Assembly: GCA_965204745.1 (NCBI GenBank)
Contig: OZ242010.1
Span: forward strand, 3,840,001 to 3,904,000
DNA from: Candidatus Latescibacterota bacterium
GTDB lineage: Bacteria; Latescibacterota; UBA2968
Length of the DNA stretch: 64,000 bases
Reading direction: 5' to 3'
How positions within the stretch are numbered: position 1 is the stretch's first letter; the number at the start of each line of letters is the position of its first letter. Positions 8,897-18,715 of this stretch are shown here, piece by piece. Position numbers and translations under genes: made by a program. Below the pieces are notes generated by a model. That model was not told the origin of the DNA. It did no database searches and worked only from the letters and a program-made list of their open reading frames with translations.

Positions 8897-10597
8897 CACC
8901 GGCGTTGCCAGCAAGCGGATGTTCTCTCGAATGCTGGTCAGATCGGCAATGGTTTGTTCAATGTCCTGAAGCGCGTCCTTCTTGGCCCGCTCGGCTTCGG
9001 CGATTTCGCTTTGTTTGGCTTTGATCTGCGAATCCAAGGCCGCCGCGTTCTCATCGATGAGGGCGTTCACTTGCTCCTCGAAATTTTTGGGCAGTTCGCT
9101 CCGCAATTTGCTTTTGATGGACGGGATAACGCTTCCAATCAGTTGGTTGCGAATCTGATCCTCCTGCTTCCGCTTTTGAAAGTAGGCAATAATGTCGGGC
9201 AGGAAGATAATGACGAGTTCCAACAGTGGCATCACAAAACTGGTGGTAATGGCGAGCGTGGTGGCGACAACACGGTACAAATTCCGCCCACCTTTGACTG
9301 CACTGCCGATCCCTTTGATAATCGCGCTCCCCGTGGAAAGAATCTGTGGGGCGTGGTACACTGCTTTTTCCAGCCAATTTTCATCTCTCGTATAAGAGGA
9401 CAGAATGTGGTCAATGCCTTTGACGCTGTTAGACAAGTCTTCGCCGATCTGTCTGTTCAACTGCTCCATTTCGGTTTTCACATGGCTCCCGAGCGAGGTG
9501 CGGAGGATTTCCGCCATCTGTTGCTGAAAAGCATCTTCGCCGCCGGACAGGGCGATGTTGGTCAACTCCTCTACGGCATTGTTCAAGTCCGCGCCCACGC
9601 GCTCCACAATGGTATTGACACGGGTCGTGGAATACCGCGAGCGGATGTCCTGAATCATAGCGTTTTTCTCGCGCTCCAAATCCCGGATGGCTGTGGCGAG
9701 TTTGTCAATGGCCGCTTGGTTCTCGCCCTCGTCCTTTTTCAAGGAACTGATCCAAGTGTTCAAGCTGCCGTCAATATCGAAGAAACTCGCCTCCAAGCTG
9801 GGGCGATAAAGCCGGGTGAAAAGTTTTTCCGGATCGATGGCATCGAGCGTTTTTCCAAGACTCGCCCCGCCATCCATGTCCACGGGCACGACCACATCGG
9901 CAAAGTCGAAATCGTCTTGGAGCCGATCCTTGACGTTCTGCGCGATCTCTCGAACCTCGGATTCCGAGCGCAAATTCGCCTTGCTCAAAAACACGGAAAA
10001 CGGCTTGTCGAACTCGTCAAACTCGGACAACTGCCGATGGGTCGATTGCGTGACCGTGCCCTCTTCCACGCTGATCAAGACCGCGTAATGGCTCCCTCGG
10101 TCAAGGTACGTCAAAATGGCTTTCTGGTGCAAATCCAGCGGCGAATCAAACCCCGGCATATCCACGAGCACGAGGGGCGCGATCCCCTTGAGTTGCTCGC
10201 TGTTGAGAAAGACCTCGACATATTGATATTGCGCCGCCTTTTCCTTAATCGCGCCGATCTCCTCAATGGCGTAGCGATCCGCCTCGCCATTTTCCATGAT
10301 GGCCTCGACGCGCTCCCTGTCGGAATAACGCAACTCGGTTGCCAGCGCGGTTTCCGGGGTGATGTTGACGGGCAGGAGTTCAGACCCCAAAAACGAGTTG
10401 ATCAACGTGCTCTTGCCCGCGCTGAATGCCCCGATCACCGGCACGACCAACTCGGCCTCGGCGATCTCCCGTTTCAACGCCTCTGCGGACTGGATGTTTT
10501 TCCCAAGTTCCTCAAACACCCCCAAAGCACTCGCCCTAGTCAATTCCGCCTTCACCCCATCCAAATAATCGCAAAACGTCCTCTGCGTCTGAAGCAT
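8882..10597 (-). CDS. Dynamin-like GTPase (Leo/Eleos-like, 571 aa)
   Basis: GAFSAGKS, PETALATE, DMPGFDS, SKAN; C-terminal hydrophobic paddle ATTLAITTSFVMPLLELVIIFLP. Confidence 0.9.
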   Translation of the reverse strand: MLQTQRTFCDYLDGVKAELTRASALGVFEELGKNIQSAEALKREIAEAELVVPVIGAFSAGKSTLINSFLGSELLPVNITPETALATELRYSDRERVEAIMENGEADRYAIEEIGAIKEKAAQYQYVEVFLNSEQLKGIAPLVLVDMPGFDSPLDLHQKAILTYLDRGSHYAVLISVEEGTVTQSTHRQLSEFDEFDKPFSVFLSKANLRSESEVREIAQNVKDRLQDDFDFADVVVPVDMDGGASLGKTLDAIDPEKLFTRLYRPSLEASFFDIDGSLNTWISSLKKDEGENQAAIDKLATAIRDLEREKNAMIQDIRSRYSTTRVNTIVERVGADLNNAVEELTNIALSGGEDAFQQQMAEILRTSLGSHVKTEMEQLNRQIGEDLSNSVKGIDHILSSYTRDENWLEKAVYHAPQILSTGSAIIKGIGSAVKGGRNLYRVVATTLAITTSFVMPLLELVIIFLPDIIAYFQKRKQEDQIRNQLIGSVIPSIKSKLRSELPKNFEEQVNALIDENAAALDSQIKAKQSEIAEAERAKKDALQDIEQTIADLTSIRENIRLLATPVLFEQ

Positions 10598-10677
10598 GGT
10601 TGTCTCCTCTGTCTGAATCGCGGATTGTCGCGGATTTATGGATTGCGCGGATTAAACCCGTCCATTCGCGTTTTGTC

Positions 10678-10706
10678 ATAATAACAATAAAAGGCCATTG
10701 CGTCAA
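10678..10706 (-). promoter_or_regulatory. Sigma70-type promoter of the dynamin operon
   Basis: TTGACG-17 nt-TATTAT on the minus strand, ~80 bp upstream of the start. Confidence 0.65.
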
Positions 10707-11056
10707 GCCTCTTAGGTCGGTGGTGGATTAAAGGGTGGGACTTCCAGCCCAGGTGCTATGGTACCGTTTCAATTCCATAACACGACCATCGCTACATGCT
10801 TTGGGAGCGTGGGGGGAGTGTAACGACAGAGATACGATACGATTACTGTGTTGCATTTATCCCTGGAAAATGGCAGGTAGGCAAGTGTGCAACTCACTGT
10901 TGTAGCCTACTGATGAATCTTCTCGCCTATGCACTCCACCCCACGCAAAACTGCAATTCGCTCTTTACTATTTATTTACGGGGAATATATCCCCTATGTC
11001 ACAACATGCAAGCCGAAAAAAGTTTGTAGGGCTAAAGCCCTTCTAAAAATTTGTCC

Positions 11057-11086
11057 TTGACATGCCCCCTCTCATCGGGTTATATT
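11057..11086 (+). promoter_or_regulatory. Sigma70-type promoter
   Basis: TTGACA-18 nt-TATATT; the same -10 hexamer occurs upstream of cysH and tRNA-Lys. Confidence 0.65.
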
Positions 11087-11312
11087 TTGCGTGAACAGAC
11101 GACGCAAAACGTCAGGCGGCAAGCCGCTCGAAAGGGTTCGCGCCCGCGTGTTCACCTTCGGTCTTTTTCACGGCCGGCTCGCGACCGGCATTCGGTACCC
11201 GGCTCGGAATGCGATTTCTCCAAAGACCACCACGCACACGTCAGGCAAGCGGAAAATTCACAGAACCGCGAGTGGGAGTGACAGGCTACAACGCACACAA
11301 GAGGAGGTCAAT

Positions 11313-11372
11313 ATGCCACCTATCAGTACCACGCGGTCGGGCATCATCATGACCTCACCCCCGACCGTCTGA
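11313..11372 (+). CDS. 19-aa small peptide MPPISTTRSGIIMTSPPTV
   Basis: Strong RBS GAGGAGG 6 nt before ATG. Confidence 0.45.
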   Translation: MPPISTTRSGIIMTSPPTV

Positions 11373-11395
11373 CATTTGAGGTTGTGCAATATACA

Positions 11396-11430
11396 AACGG
11401 CCACGATCACAAGATCGCGGCCGTTTTTTT
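11396..11430 (+). terminator. Rho-independent terminator
   Basis: AAACGGCCACGATC-ACAA-GATCGCGGCCGTTTTTTT. Confidence 0.75.
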
Positions 11431-11431
11431 A

Positions 11432-12053
11432 GACCTACCCCCTGCTGGCCCCGGTTACTCGCTCCGCTCCATTATAGGCTACGCCTGTGCCTGCGAGGAA
11501 GAGGGAATGGCGATGGGGATTGCGAGGGGATTGGGACCTACCCCCTGGCCCCCTTCCTACGAGGAAGGGGGAATGGCGAGAGGTCTTCCGAGGGATTGTG
11601 TGTAAGGGTTTTTTGATTTTCATGGCGTGATCCATTCGCTCAAAGCCATCAGAATAGCTAGGGATGCAAACCGTCAAAAAGCCATGCGCTCCCCCTTTCC
11701 TCGCAGGAAAGGGGGCCGGGGGGATAGGTTTTGCGATGTGGGACCTACCCCCTGGCCCCCTTCCTACGAGGAAGGGGGAATGGCGAGAGGTTTTGCGAGG
11801 GATTGTACGAGGTGGGTTTGGATTTTCATGGCGTGATCCATTCGCCCAAAGCCATCAGAATAGCCAGGGATGCAAACCTTCAAAAAGCCATGCGCTCCCC
11901 CTTTCCTCGCAGGAAAGGGGGCCGGGGGGATAGGTCGATTTTTCATGGCGTGATCCATTCGCCCAAAGCCATCAAAACAGACAGGGATACAAACCTTCAA
12001 AAAGCCATGCGCTCCCCCTTTCCTCGCAGGAAAGGGGGCCGGGGGGATAGGTC
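11432..12053. repeat. Cluster of REP-like palindromes with three ~115-bp tandem units
   Basis: GGGACCTACCCCCTGGCCCCCTTCCTACGAGGAAGGGGG and CCCCTTTCCTCGCAGGAAAGGGGGCCGGGGGGATAGG repeated; also at 37.1, 42.8, 52.7 and 59.0 kb. Confidence 0.85.
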
Positions 12054-12094
12054 GATGGCGGTGGAACGGATGGGCACGCACGGGCAGATTTCGT

Positions 12095-12664
12095 CTATTC
12101 GTCTATTGAATCCAACAGGCGGCGCGTTTCTCGGGGCGAGCGCAGGCGGAAGACCGCGAGGTGGCGGTGTTGCGGCAGGTCGAACGCGGCGAGCAGGCTC
12201 GGTTTGCGCGACCAGTGGGTTTGGAACGCCCACAAAAACAGGGAGTCCTTTGTGAAAAAGTGCCACCACAGCTTTTCTCGGTTGCCGTTCCACAGCACGG
12301 TGCGCTTGGCGGCGCGGGAAATGGTGCGACAGAAGAGACGATAGAAGACGACCGGGAAGGCATAGTCGAGATAGATGATAGCGGTTGCGTGCGGCCATAC
12401 GAGGTCGCGGACGACGCTGTAATTGCCGTCTGCGATCCATCGGTCTGCGGCGATGGCTTTGGCGACGTTCTGCCTGAGAATGTGATTGGGCGTCGGGGCC
12501 CAGTTGGGGCCGTGCCGATACGCGTCGAACTCGATGTGGGGCACGTTCAGCCGAGACGCGAGGTGCCGGGCGAGTGTCGTCTTTCCCGCGCCCGACGTTC
12601 CGATGATGACCACGCGGCGCAAGGCGTCTTTATGAGGGGTATCGGTCACGGGGATGCCTCTCAC
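12095..12664 (-). CDS. Adenylate kinase-like / FlaR-type P-loop protein
   Basis: IIGTSGAGKTTLA, WIADGNY, IYLD. Confidence 0.8.
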   Translation of the reverse strand: MRGIPVTDTPHKDALRRVVIIGTSGAGKTTLARHLASRLNVPHIEFDAYRHGPNWAPTPNHILRQNVAKAIAADRWIADGNYSVVRDLVWPHATAIIYLDYAFPVVFYRLFCRTISRAAKRTVLWNGNREKLWWHFFTKDSLFLWAFQTHWSRKPSLLAAFDLPQHRHLAVFRLRSPRETRRLLDSIDE

Positions 12665-13450
12665 TTATCTCGCGCCGATCAAATACGCGACAGCCACCTT
12701 TGCCATTCCCGCATTGTCGTGTCCCACATCGGGCACGGTATCCAATACCCAATGACAGGGCGCGCCCAGGGCTTTGGCCTCGCGGTTAGCGGTTTCAAAA
12801 AACGTGTGACCGCGTTCAAACCGGTGCATGCCCTGCCGCATTGCCCCTCGCGTGCGCCGCAATTTGGGATGGTTCACATCCACGTCATCGCTGCCCAAAA
12901 GCACCACGACCCGCTGGCGCAACGCCCGCTTCAAATCCGCCGCAGTCAGGCCAGACCCGGCCAAGCCGTAGGGATAGGCCAAGTCGAAGGTGGGCATCGT
13001 GTACCACCCAGCATTGGCCGCAACAAAAAGACGCGCCCGCGCCCGAGGCATAAAGTACAAAAACCGATGGACAAACTGGCTACCCGCCGAATGCCCGTAA
13101 AATCCGTAGGACGTCGCGTGCAATCCCGCACGTTTTTTCACGCGATCAAAAATGCCTTCGATCACCTGAAATGACCAATCGGCCTCGGGATTTCGCGCGC
13201 CGCCTTTGGCAAACACATTGCCGAGATTAAACGACCGTTCATCCGGATAATGCGCCAAAGAAAACGCCGGCGCCAACAACAAAAATCCATGTGCATCGGC
13301 ATGGCGCGCCCATGTATCGCGGTAAGCGCTGGCATTGCGCGACGCACCGTGCAATGCGAACACCACAGGCAAATCGGTCAGGCGACCTTTCGGGCAGTGA
13401 TACCACACCCGCACGCGACCAAAATCAAAAGTTCCAGAACTTCGATTCAT
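12665..13450 (-). CDS. Alpha/beta hydrolase
   Basis: LHGASRNA, GHSAGSQFVHR nucleophile elbow, VGHD. Confidence 0.8.
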   Translation of the reverse strand: MNRSSGTFDFGRVRVWYHCPKGRLTDLPVVFALHGASRNASAYRDTWARHADAHGFLLLAPAFSLAHYPDERSFNLGNVFAKGGARNPEADWSFQVIEGIFDRVKKRAGLHATSYGFYGHSAGSQFVHRFLYFMPRARARLFVAANAGWYTMPTFDLAYPYGLAGSGLTAADLKRALRQRVVVLLGSDDVDVNHPKLRRTRGAMRQGMHRFERGHTFFETANREAKALGAPCHWVLDTVPDVGHDNAGMAKVAVAYLIGAR

Positions 13451-13592
13451 CGTTTATTCTCCAAGGGGGACGCCCCTACGATTGCCTTTGACCTATACGA
13501 CACCTCGACCCGTCATTGCTTCGGACAGGCACGGGGGCCTGTTCCTACGATTGCCTTTCATCTGCGTTCTTATGCGTTCTAATTTTCGTCGT

Positions 13593-14552
13593 TTATTCTC
13601 CAAACCGATTGACGGCATTTCGCACCGGGGGAACGGTTTGCAAATAGGCGTAGATGGCGTTGAGGTCTTCGTCCGTCATGCCCGCGTACATGGTCCACGG
13701 CATCACGGTGTTCATCCCGTCTTGCAGGGGGATTTGCGTTGCGGTTGCGAATTGCCTGAAGCGGCTCGTAAAATACTGTTTTTGCCAGTGCCCGATGCCG
13801 GTTTCCATATCTGGGGTGATGTTGGCCGATTGCACGACTTTCCCGCTGGGCAACACAAATTGAAATCCCCCGGCGAATTGCATGCCCGCGATGGGCTGCC
13901 GCTGGATGTGCGGCGTGTGGCAAGTGGCGCATCCGGCAATGGTCGCCAAATATTTGCCATAACCGACTGCGTCTGAACGGTCTATCGGCGCGGGTGGACG
14001 ATATGCTCGAGGCATGGTGCGGACTATCAAATCGGTGGGAAAATTCAACGCGGAACGCGGGGGCTTATGGTCGATGGGGCGCAACGTACGCAGGTACGCC
14101 ACGATGGCCTCGGCGTCCGCTCGCATCAAAAACCGGTACGCGCGATAGGGCATCAGGGGAAACAGGGGATCGCCAGCTTTGGTCACCCCACTCGTAAAAG
14201 CGCGGATGATCTCGCCATCGGTCCAATGATCCAGCGCGGCAGGCGTGATGTTGGGCGCGACCAAGGTGCCCGGAAATCCCGCGGCTTCGGAAAACACCTC
14301 GCCGCCCTTGCCCTCGGTGCCCGGTATAGGCGGCGCGGAAAAATGCGTCCAATCGCGCGTGGAATGGCATTCGAGGCACACGGTCACATGGTGGGCCAAA
14401 TAACGCCCGCGTGCGACCTGCTCGGGCGTTCCCGCCACGCGAACATCGGGCGGCGGCCCCACATTGGGCAACTGGGTTTTCACATAGTACATTCCGCAGA
14501 GCGCGGCCCCAACCACGAGCGCGACCATCGCGACCACAACGACTCGCTTCAT
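13593..14552 (-). CDS. Diheme cytochrome c with N-terminal membrane anchor
   Basis: CLECH and CATCH; APNITP, MPW motifs. Confidence 0.85.
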   Translation of the reverse strand: MKRVVVVAMVALVVGAALCGMYYVKTQLPNVGPPPDVRVAGTPEQVARGRYLAHHVTVCLECHSTRDWTHFSAPPIPGTEGKGGEVFSEAAGFPGTLVAPNITPAALDHWTDGEIIRAFTSGVTKAGDPLFPLMPYRAYRFLMRADAEAIVAYLRTLRPIDHKPPRSALNFPTDLIVRTMPRAYRPPAPIDRSDAVGYGKYLATIAGCATCHTPHIQRQPIAGMQFAGGFQFVLPSGKVVQSANITPDMETGIGHWQKQYFTSRFRQFATATQIPLQDGMNTVMPWTMYAGMTDEDLNAIYAYLQTVPPVRNAVNRFGE

Positions 14553-14606
14553 CGATCCATCTCTCCGAGTATGACGCCCACACAAAAACTATGGCAAACG
14601 ATAAAT

Positions 14607-15647
14607 TTATCCGCCCTCGTTGTCAATGCGTTCCACGGCATTGCGGATCCCCACCATCTGCCCGATAGCAAATGCCCATCCGATGCGGGTATCGGGCGTG
14701 TCGCCCAAAATCCCCGGCGTGTGGTCCGGGTCGATCAGGCCATCGTACCCCACGTCTTGAAACGCCTGCACGCAAGCAACCATATCGCACTCGCCATCAT
14801 CGTGAAACGTCTCCACGTACTTAAACCGCGGAACCTCGACCTTCACGTTTCGGAAATGCACGGTGCCAATGCGGTTGCGCGCCCCAAAATAGCGGATCAT
14901 CGCCACGGCATCCGCGCCCTTTTCCGTCATCACGCCCGTGTCAAAAAAAACGCAGTTGGACGGACTATCCACCACCTCGATCAGCCGCATCATCCCCGCC
15001 ACATCGCCTAGGGGTTGGGCCACCCCGCGATAGTCCGGCACTGGCGGATCATTGGGATGCGCGGCGAGTTGAACGCCCGCGCTTTCCGCTGTGGGGATCG
15101 CGCTTTCGAGAAAATACGTCAGATTGTCCCACATCTCGTCCATGCCGATTCGCCCGATAGAATCGAGTGGGGGCAACTGGGCGATCCGCTCGTGGTCAAA
15201 GTCGCGCAAATCCGCGCCGCCGCGCCCGGCACCGCGCTGCGCCGCATATCCCTCTGACGCTCGGAGGGCCGTAAAACTGTAATGCAGTGCCCGAAGCCCG
15301 AGCCGCCCGGCGATTTCGATATTGGCTTTTGCGATCTCCAAATCGTCCGCCCGGCCCGGCTGGCCCATCAAAACGCGCCCGGAAAGATCCAATCTGGCGA
15401 TGAGCGGTTGCAACTCAAATGCCTCGATCCGCGCTTTGATGCGCTGCAATTCGCGCTCATCCCAAACCCCTCCCTGTGCGCCTTTTGGCCCGGTCTGGAT
15501 CGGAGGCACCAATTGGCGTTCCCCGGCGCCTGGGACCTCTCGCCATCGCGTTGGCATCGAGACCGCCTCCACGCCGATCTGCCGATAAAATCGCAAGGTG
15601 TGTTCTGAAACATCGCCAACACCCTTGCCAATTTTGATTTGCGACAT
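14607..15647 (-). CDS. Mannonate dehydratase (UxuA) family protein
   Basis: LAAHPNDPP, VHFRNV, PDHTP, AFAIG. Confidence 0.8.
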   Translation of the reverse strand: MSQIKIGKGVGDVSEHTLRFYRQIGVEAVSMPTRWREVPGAGERQLVPPIQTGPKGAQGGVWDERELQRIKARIEAFELQPLIARLDLSGRVLMGQPGRADDLEIAKANIEIAGRLGLRALHYSFTALRASEGYAAQRGAGRGGADLRDFDHERIAQLPPLDSIGRIGMDEMWDNLTYFLESAIPTAESAGVQLAAHPNDPPVPDYRGVAQPLGDVAGMMRLIEVVDSPSNCVFFDTGVMTEKGADAVAMIRYFGARNRIGTVHFRNVKVEVPRFKYVETFHDDGECDMVACVQAFQDVGYDGLIDPDHTPGILGDTPDTRIGWAFAIGQMVGIRNAVERIDNEGG

Positions 15648-15753
15648 TGCGTATCCTCCTTTTTTTGAGTATCATAGAGCAACCCCGCCGCCACGGGGGC
15701 CTGTCTCTACGGGGGATGGGGGTGGACTGACAACTGACAACTGGATCATTTCC

Positions 15754-17409
15754 ATGCTCAAATACGAATCACTGCTGGACAAGTTGAACGAACAGACAGA
15801 AGCTCTGTTGCCCCGTCAGGTGATGGATGCGCGGAGGGCGGATTACGGCGGGTTTGTCAGCGAGGGCATTGCCGGGGCTTCTAATGTGAGCGCGGTGACG
15901 ACTCTGGGATATGCCTATCTTTTGGAAGGCGGGCGGTATTACCGGAGCGAGGCCATTTTGACGCGCATTCTCACGGGCGCGACCTTTGCCCGAAATGTCC
16001 GCCGGGAGAGCGGGTGTTATGATTTGGTGACGACCAATTTCGATTCGTCGCCGGATACGGGGTTTATCGTCATGGCACTCGCGCCCGTGGTTCGGGCCGC
16101 GCGCAAAGCCGAAGATGAGGGCGCAGGGCAGATCGCCGAGGCCCTGGGGGAGGTGATTCAAACCGGGGTTCCGGGCATGATCGCGGGGGGGTTTCACACG
16201 CCAAATCACCGCTGGGTGCTGGTGGCCGCGCTATCCCTCGCGCTGGAGCTCTTTCCCGAGTTAGAGGGGATGGACGCGATAGAAAGCTATCTCGCGGAGA
16301 CGGTAGATATAAACGCGGATGGCGAATACATCGAGCGCAGCGCGGGCACGTACAATGCGATCTGCAATCGCGCGCTGAGGTTGGCCGCCGCCGCGCTCGA
16401 CCGGCTCGACCTGTTAAAACCCGTGCGGAAAAATCTCGATTTGTCCTATCACATGTTGCACGCGGACGGAACGGTTGTGACGAGTTTTTCGCACAGGCAG
16501 GATTTTGGCACGCGCACGGTGCTGGTCAATATGGTCGATAGCTACTACGACATGGCGCGGCGCGATGGCAATGGGTTTTACGCGGCCGTGGCCGATTGGC
16601 TGTACGCGATGTCCCCGGGCGGATTGCCGTGGACGCTGGAGCCGTTTTTGACCCATCCCGAATGGCGCGTGGATGATCTGCAACGCGAGCCGTTGCCCGA
16701 GTCCTACGCAAAGGTGTATCCCACGGCGCGATTGTGGCGCGTGCGGCGCGGGAAAACGAGCGCGACCGCCGGCGCGGGGGTGACGTCGCCATTTGCTGTC
16801 AAACATGGGGAAGTGGAATTGGCGTCCGTGAATTTGTGCGCGAGTTATTTTGCTATCGCACAATTTTCAGGCGAGACTTTTGAAGCAGTGGATGGCAAAA
16901 TTACAATGGCGCACGAGAGTCGAAGCGCGGATGGCAGCAGGCCCGGCTACGACCTGCCCTTGGGCCGCGAGGTCGCGTTTGATAAATTCTACGAGGTGCG
17001 GAAAGAACGCGAGGTGTACGCACTGCCACCGCTGACGACCACGCTGGAAATTGCAGAGGTGGCAGGCGGGTTTGATCTGCATGTGAACGCGGCGGGTTAT
17101 GATGGCGTGCCGTTTCAAATCGCGTGCGATTTCGTACCGGGCGGCGAGTTGGATTTTGACAGTGGGATTGTGCGCGGGCAAGCGGGCGAGGTGGCATTTC
17201 TCAAGGATGGATACGCGACTTATCACCTGGGCAATGACGCGATTTCCATTGGGCCGGGCGCGTACGCCCACCGGTTTTGGCAGATGCGCGGCAGCGAGTC
17301 CGCCCCCACCGCCTTTCGCGTTTTGCTGACGTTTGTCACGCCCGTGGATCGCGTTCTGAAAATCAGATGCGGAACGTGGTCAGCAACAGAGGAGATAGCC
17401 CATGAATGA
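15754..17409 (+). CDS. Conserved hypothetical protein (possibly heparinase/lyase-like fold)
   Basis: Long ORF; GGFHTPNHRW and DGEYIERS motifs. Confidence 0.6.
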   Translation: MLKYESLLDKLNEQTEALLPRQVMDARRADYGGFVSEGIAGASNVSAVTTLGYAYLLEGGRYYRSEAILTRILTGATFARNVRRESGCYDLVTTNFDSSPDTGFIVMALAPVVRAARKAEDEGAGQIAEALGEVIQTGVPGMIAGGFHTPNHRWVLVAALSLALELFPELEGMDAIESYLAETVDINADGEYIERSAGTYNAICNRALRLAAAALDRLDLLKPVRKNLDLSYHMLHADGTVVTSFSHRQDFGTRTVLVNMVDSYYDMARRDGNGFYAAVADWLYAMSPGGLPWTLEPFLTHPEWRVDDLQREPLPESYAKVYPTARLWRVRRGKTSATAGAGVTSPFAVKHGEVELASVNLCASYFAIAQFSGETFEAVDGKITMAHESRSADGSRPGYDLPLGREVAFDKFYEVRKEREVYALPPLTTTLEIAEVAGGFDLHVNAAGYDGVPFQIACDFVPGGELDFDSGIVRGQAGEVAFLKDGYATYHLGNDAISIGPGAYAHRFWQMRGSESAPTAFRVLLTFVTPVDRVLKIRCGTWSATEEIAHE

Positions 17410-17594
17410 TGGCCCGACCACCCCAGTCCGTACGGCTATTTTTTTTGCAAAAAAAGTGCAGTCGCGCTCTGGTGCGTGATTTTCGCGTGGTGATAGAACG
17501 CGATCTGTTCCGCGAGCCGCCGCATCCACGCCATTCCAGTCGATCTGACCATGCGGGCAGGGCGCATCGTCTTTGCGCGCGATGGGGCCGGGTT

Positions 17595-18545
17595 TTAAGG
17601 CGCGAGGGCCACAGCGCGGACTTCGCCGAACTCGCGGGTGAGTTTCGTCCACGAATCGCCGCTGTCCGTGCTTTTGAAGAGTTGCCCGGCAATGCTGTAA
17701 GCCATCATCCAGTTGGGGATGGCGGGATTGTAGATGACGGCCCAAACCGTGCTGTTGGTGTTGCCGCCCAGGTCCGCACGTTTCCATGAACGCCCCAAGT
17801 CCTCGGTGTAGAACAACCCGCCCTGGTCGCCCGGAGGCCCGTTGCCCGCGCCGACATACACGCGGCCCTTGGATGTGTACAGGACGCCCCGGCAATAGGG
17901 CCACGGAAAATGGTCTTTCACATTCAGGCGCGTCCAGTGGGTCATGTCCGTGCTGAGGCACACGTCGTTGTTGGTGCCGGCCACCAGTGTTTTTGGGGTT
18001 CCGGGCACGACGGCGAGGCCGTGAATGTCGAGGCTCGAGAGGCCCTCGTTGCCCGCTGTCCATGTTTGCCCGCCGTCTGTGCTGCGGCGCATGCCGTCGA
18101 TTTCAATGCCGGCATAGACGGTTTGATCGTCTTGCGGGTCGATGATGATGGTCGTCACGCGCGGGATGATGGGGCCGCAGTCTTCCACGAGTTCCACGCA
18201 AAGTCGTTGCCACGTCTCGCCGCTATCGTCCGACCGAAACAGCGCGGAAGGGCAAGTGCCGGCAAAAATTGTGTCGGGATGGTTGGGGTGAATGGCGAGG
18301 GACCAGATTTGCAGGTCGTTCATCGGCGAATCCAGTTTTGCCCAGTTGTCGCCGCAATTTTGCGACCGGTAAACGCCGGTCTCTGTGCCCGCGAAGAGAA
18401 TGGACGCATCTTCCGGATGCACGGCAATGGCACGAATGTCCGATTCCGAAAACATGCCGTTGCTGGTGCGCCGCCACGAGTCCCCGCCATCTCCGCTTCG
18501 CCAGATGCCTTGCCCGATAGTGCCGACATAAAGCGTTGGTTTCAT
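17595..18545 (-). CDS. BNR/Asp-box beta-propeller protein
   Basis: Repeated SxDxGxxW Asp-boxes. Confidence 0.85.
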   Translation of the reverse strand: MKPTLYVGTIGQGIWRSGDGGDSWRRTSNGMFSESDIRAIAVHPEDASILFAGTETGVYRSQNCGDNWAKLDSPMNDLQIWSLAIHPNHPDTIFAGTCPSALFRSDDSGETWQRLCVELVEDCGPIIPRVTTIIIDPQDDQTVYAGIEIDGMRRSTDGGQTWTAGNEGLSSLDIHGLAVVPGTPKTLVAGTNNDVCLSTDMTHWTRLNVKDHFPWPYCRGVLYTSKGRVYVGAGNGPPGDQGGLFYTEDLGRSWKRADLGGNTNSTVWAVIYNPAIPNWMMAYSIAGQLFKSTDSGDSWTKLTREFGEVRAVALAP

Positions 18546-18715
18546 CGTTTCCTCCTCGTTAAAAATTTGGGTACTTGGGGATAAGATACGGCTTCAAATC
18601 AAAAACACAAGTGCCTACGCAATGGCGAGGCAAAAGGCAAAAAATGGTTGTGCAAATGCCTGTAACTCATTAGATTCCGCGCTTCAACTCTCAACCCCCG
18701 AAGGAGGTGAATCCC

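Larger units (their letters stand above)
11091..11430 (+). ncRNA. Candidate structured RNA / small-ORF transcript of unknown class
   Basis: Between promoter and terminator; stems GTGAACA/TGTTCAC and GGTCTTT/AAAGACC enclose several hairpins. Confidence 0.5.

Noticed and set aside
8855-10681. 608-aa plus-strand ORF (likewise 53348-55174, 40060-41220, 38765-39739)
   Set aside because: Antisense shadows of well-supported genes in GC-rich DNA; no motifs or RBS
11095-11150. c-di-GMP-I (GEMM) riboswitch suggested by GGCAA..GAAA and GACGCAAA
   Set aside because: Motifs are in the wrong order and the P2 stem is missing; kept only as an unknown structured RNA
11615-12051. Possible CRISPR array
   Set aside because: Units are ~115 bp with near-identical interiors, no unique spacers and no cas genes; REP-type repeats
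17402-17550. Possible internally deleted Gfo/Idh/MocA oxidoreductase remnant (MNDGPTTPVRTAI...)
   Set aside because: Too short to support without an alignment
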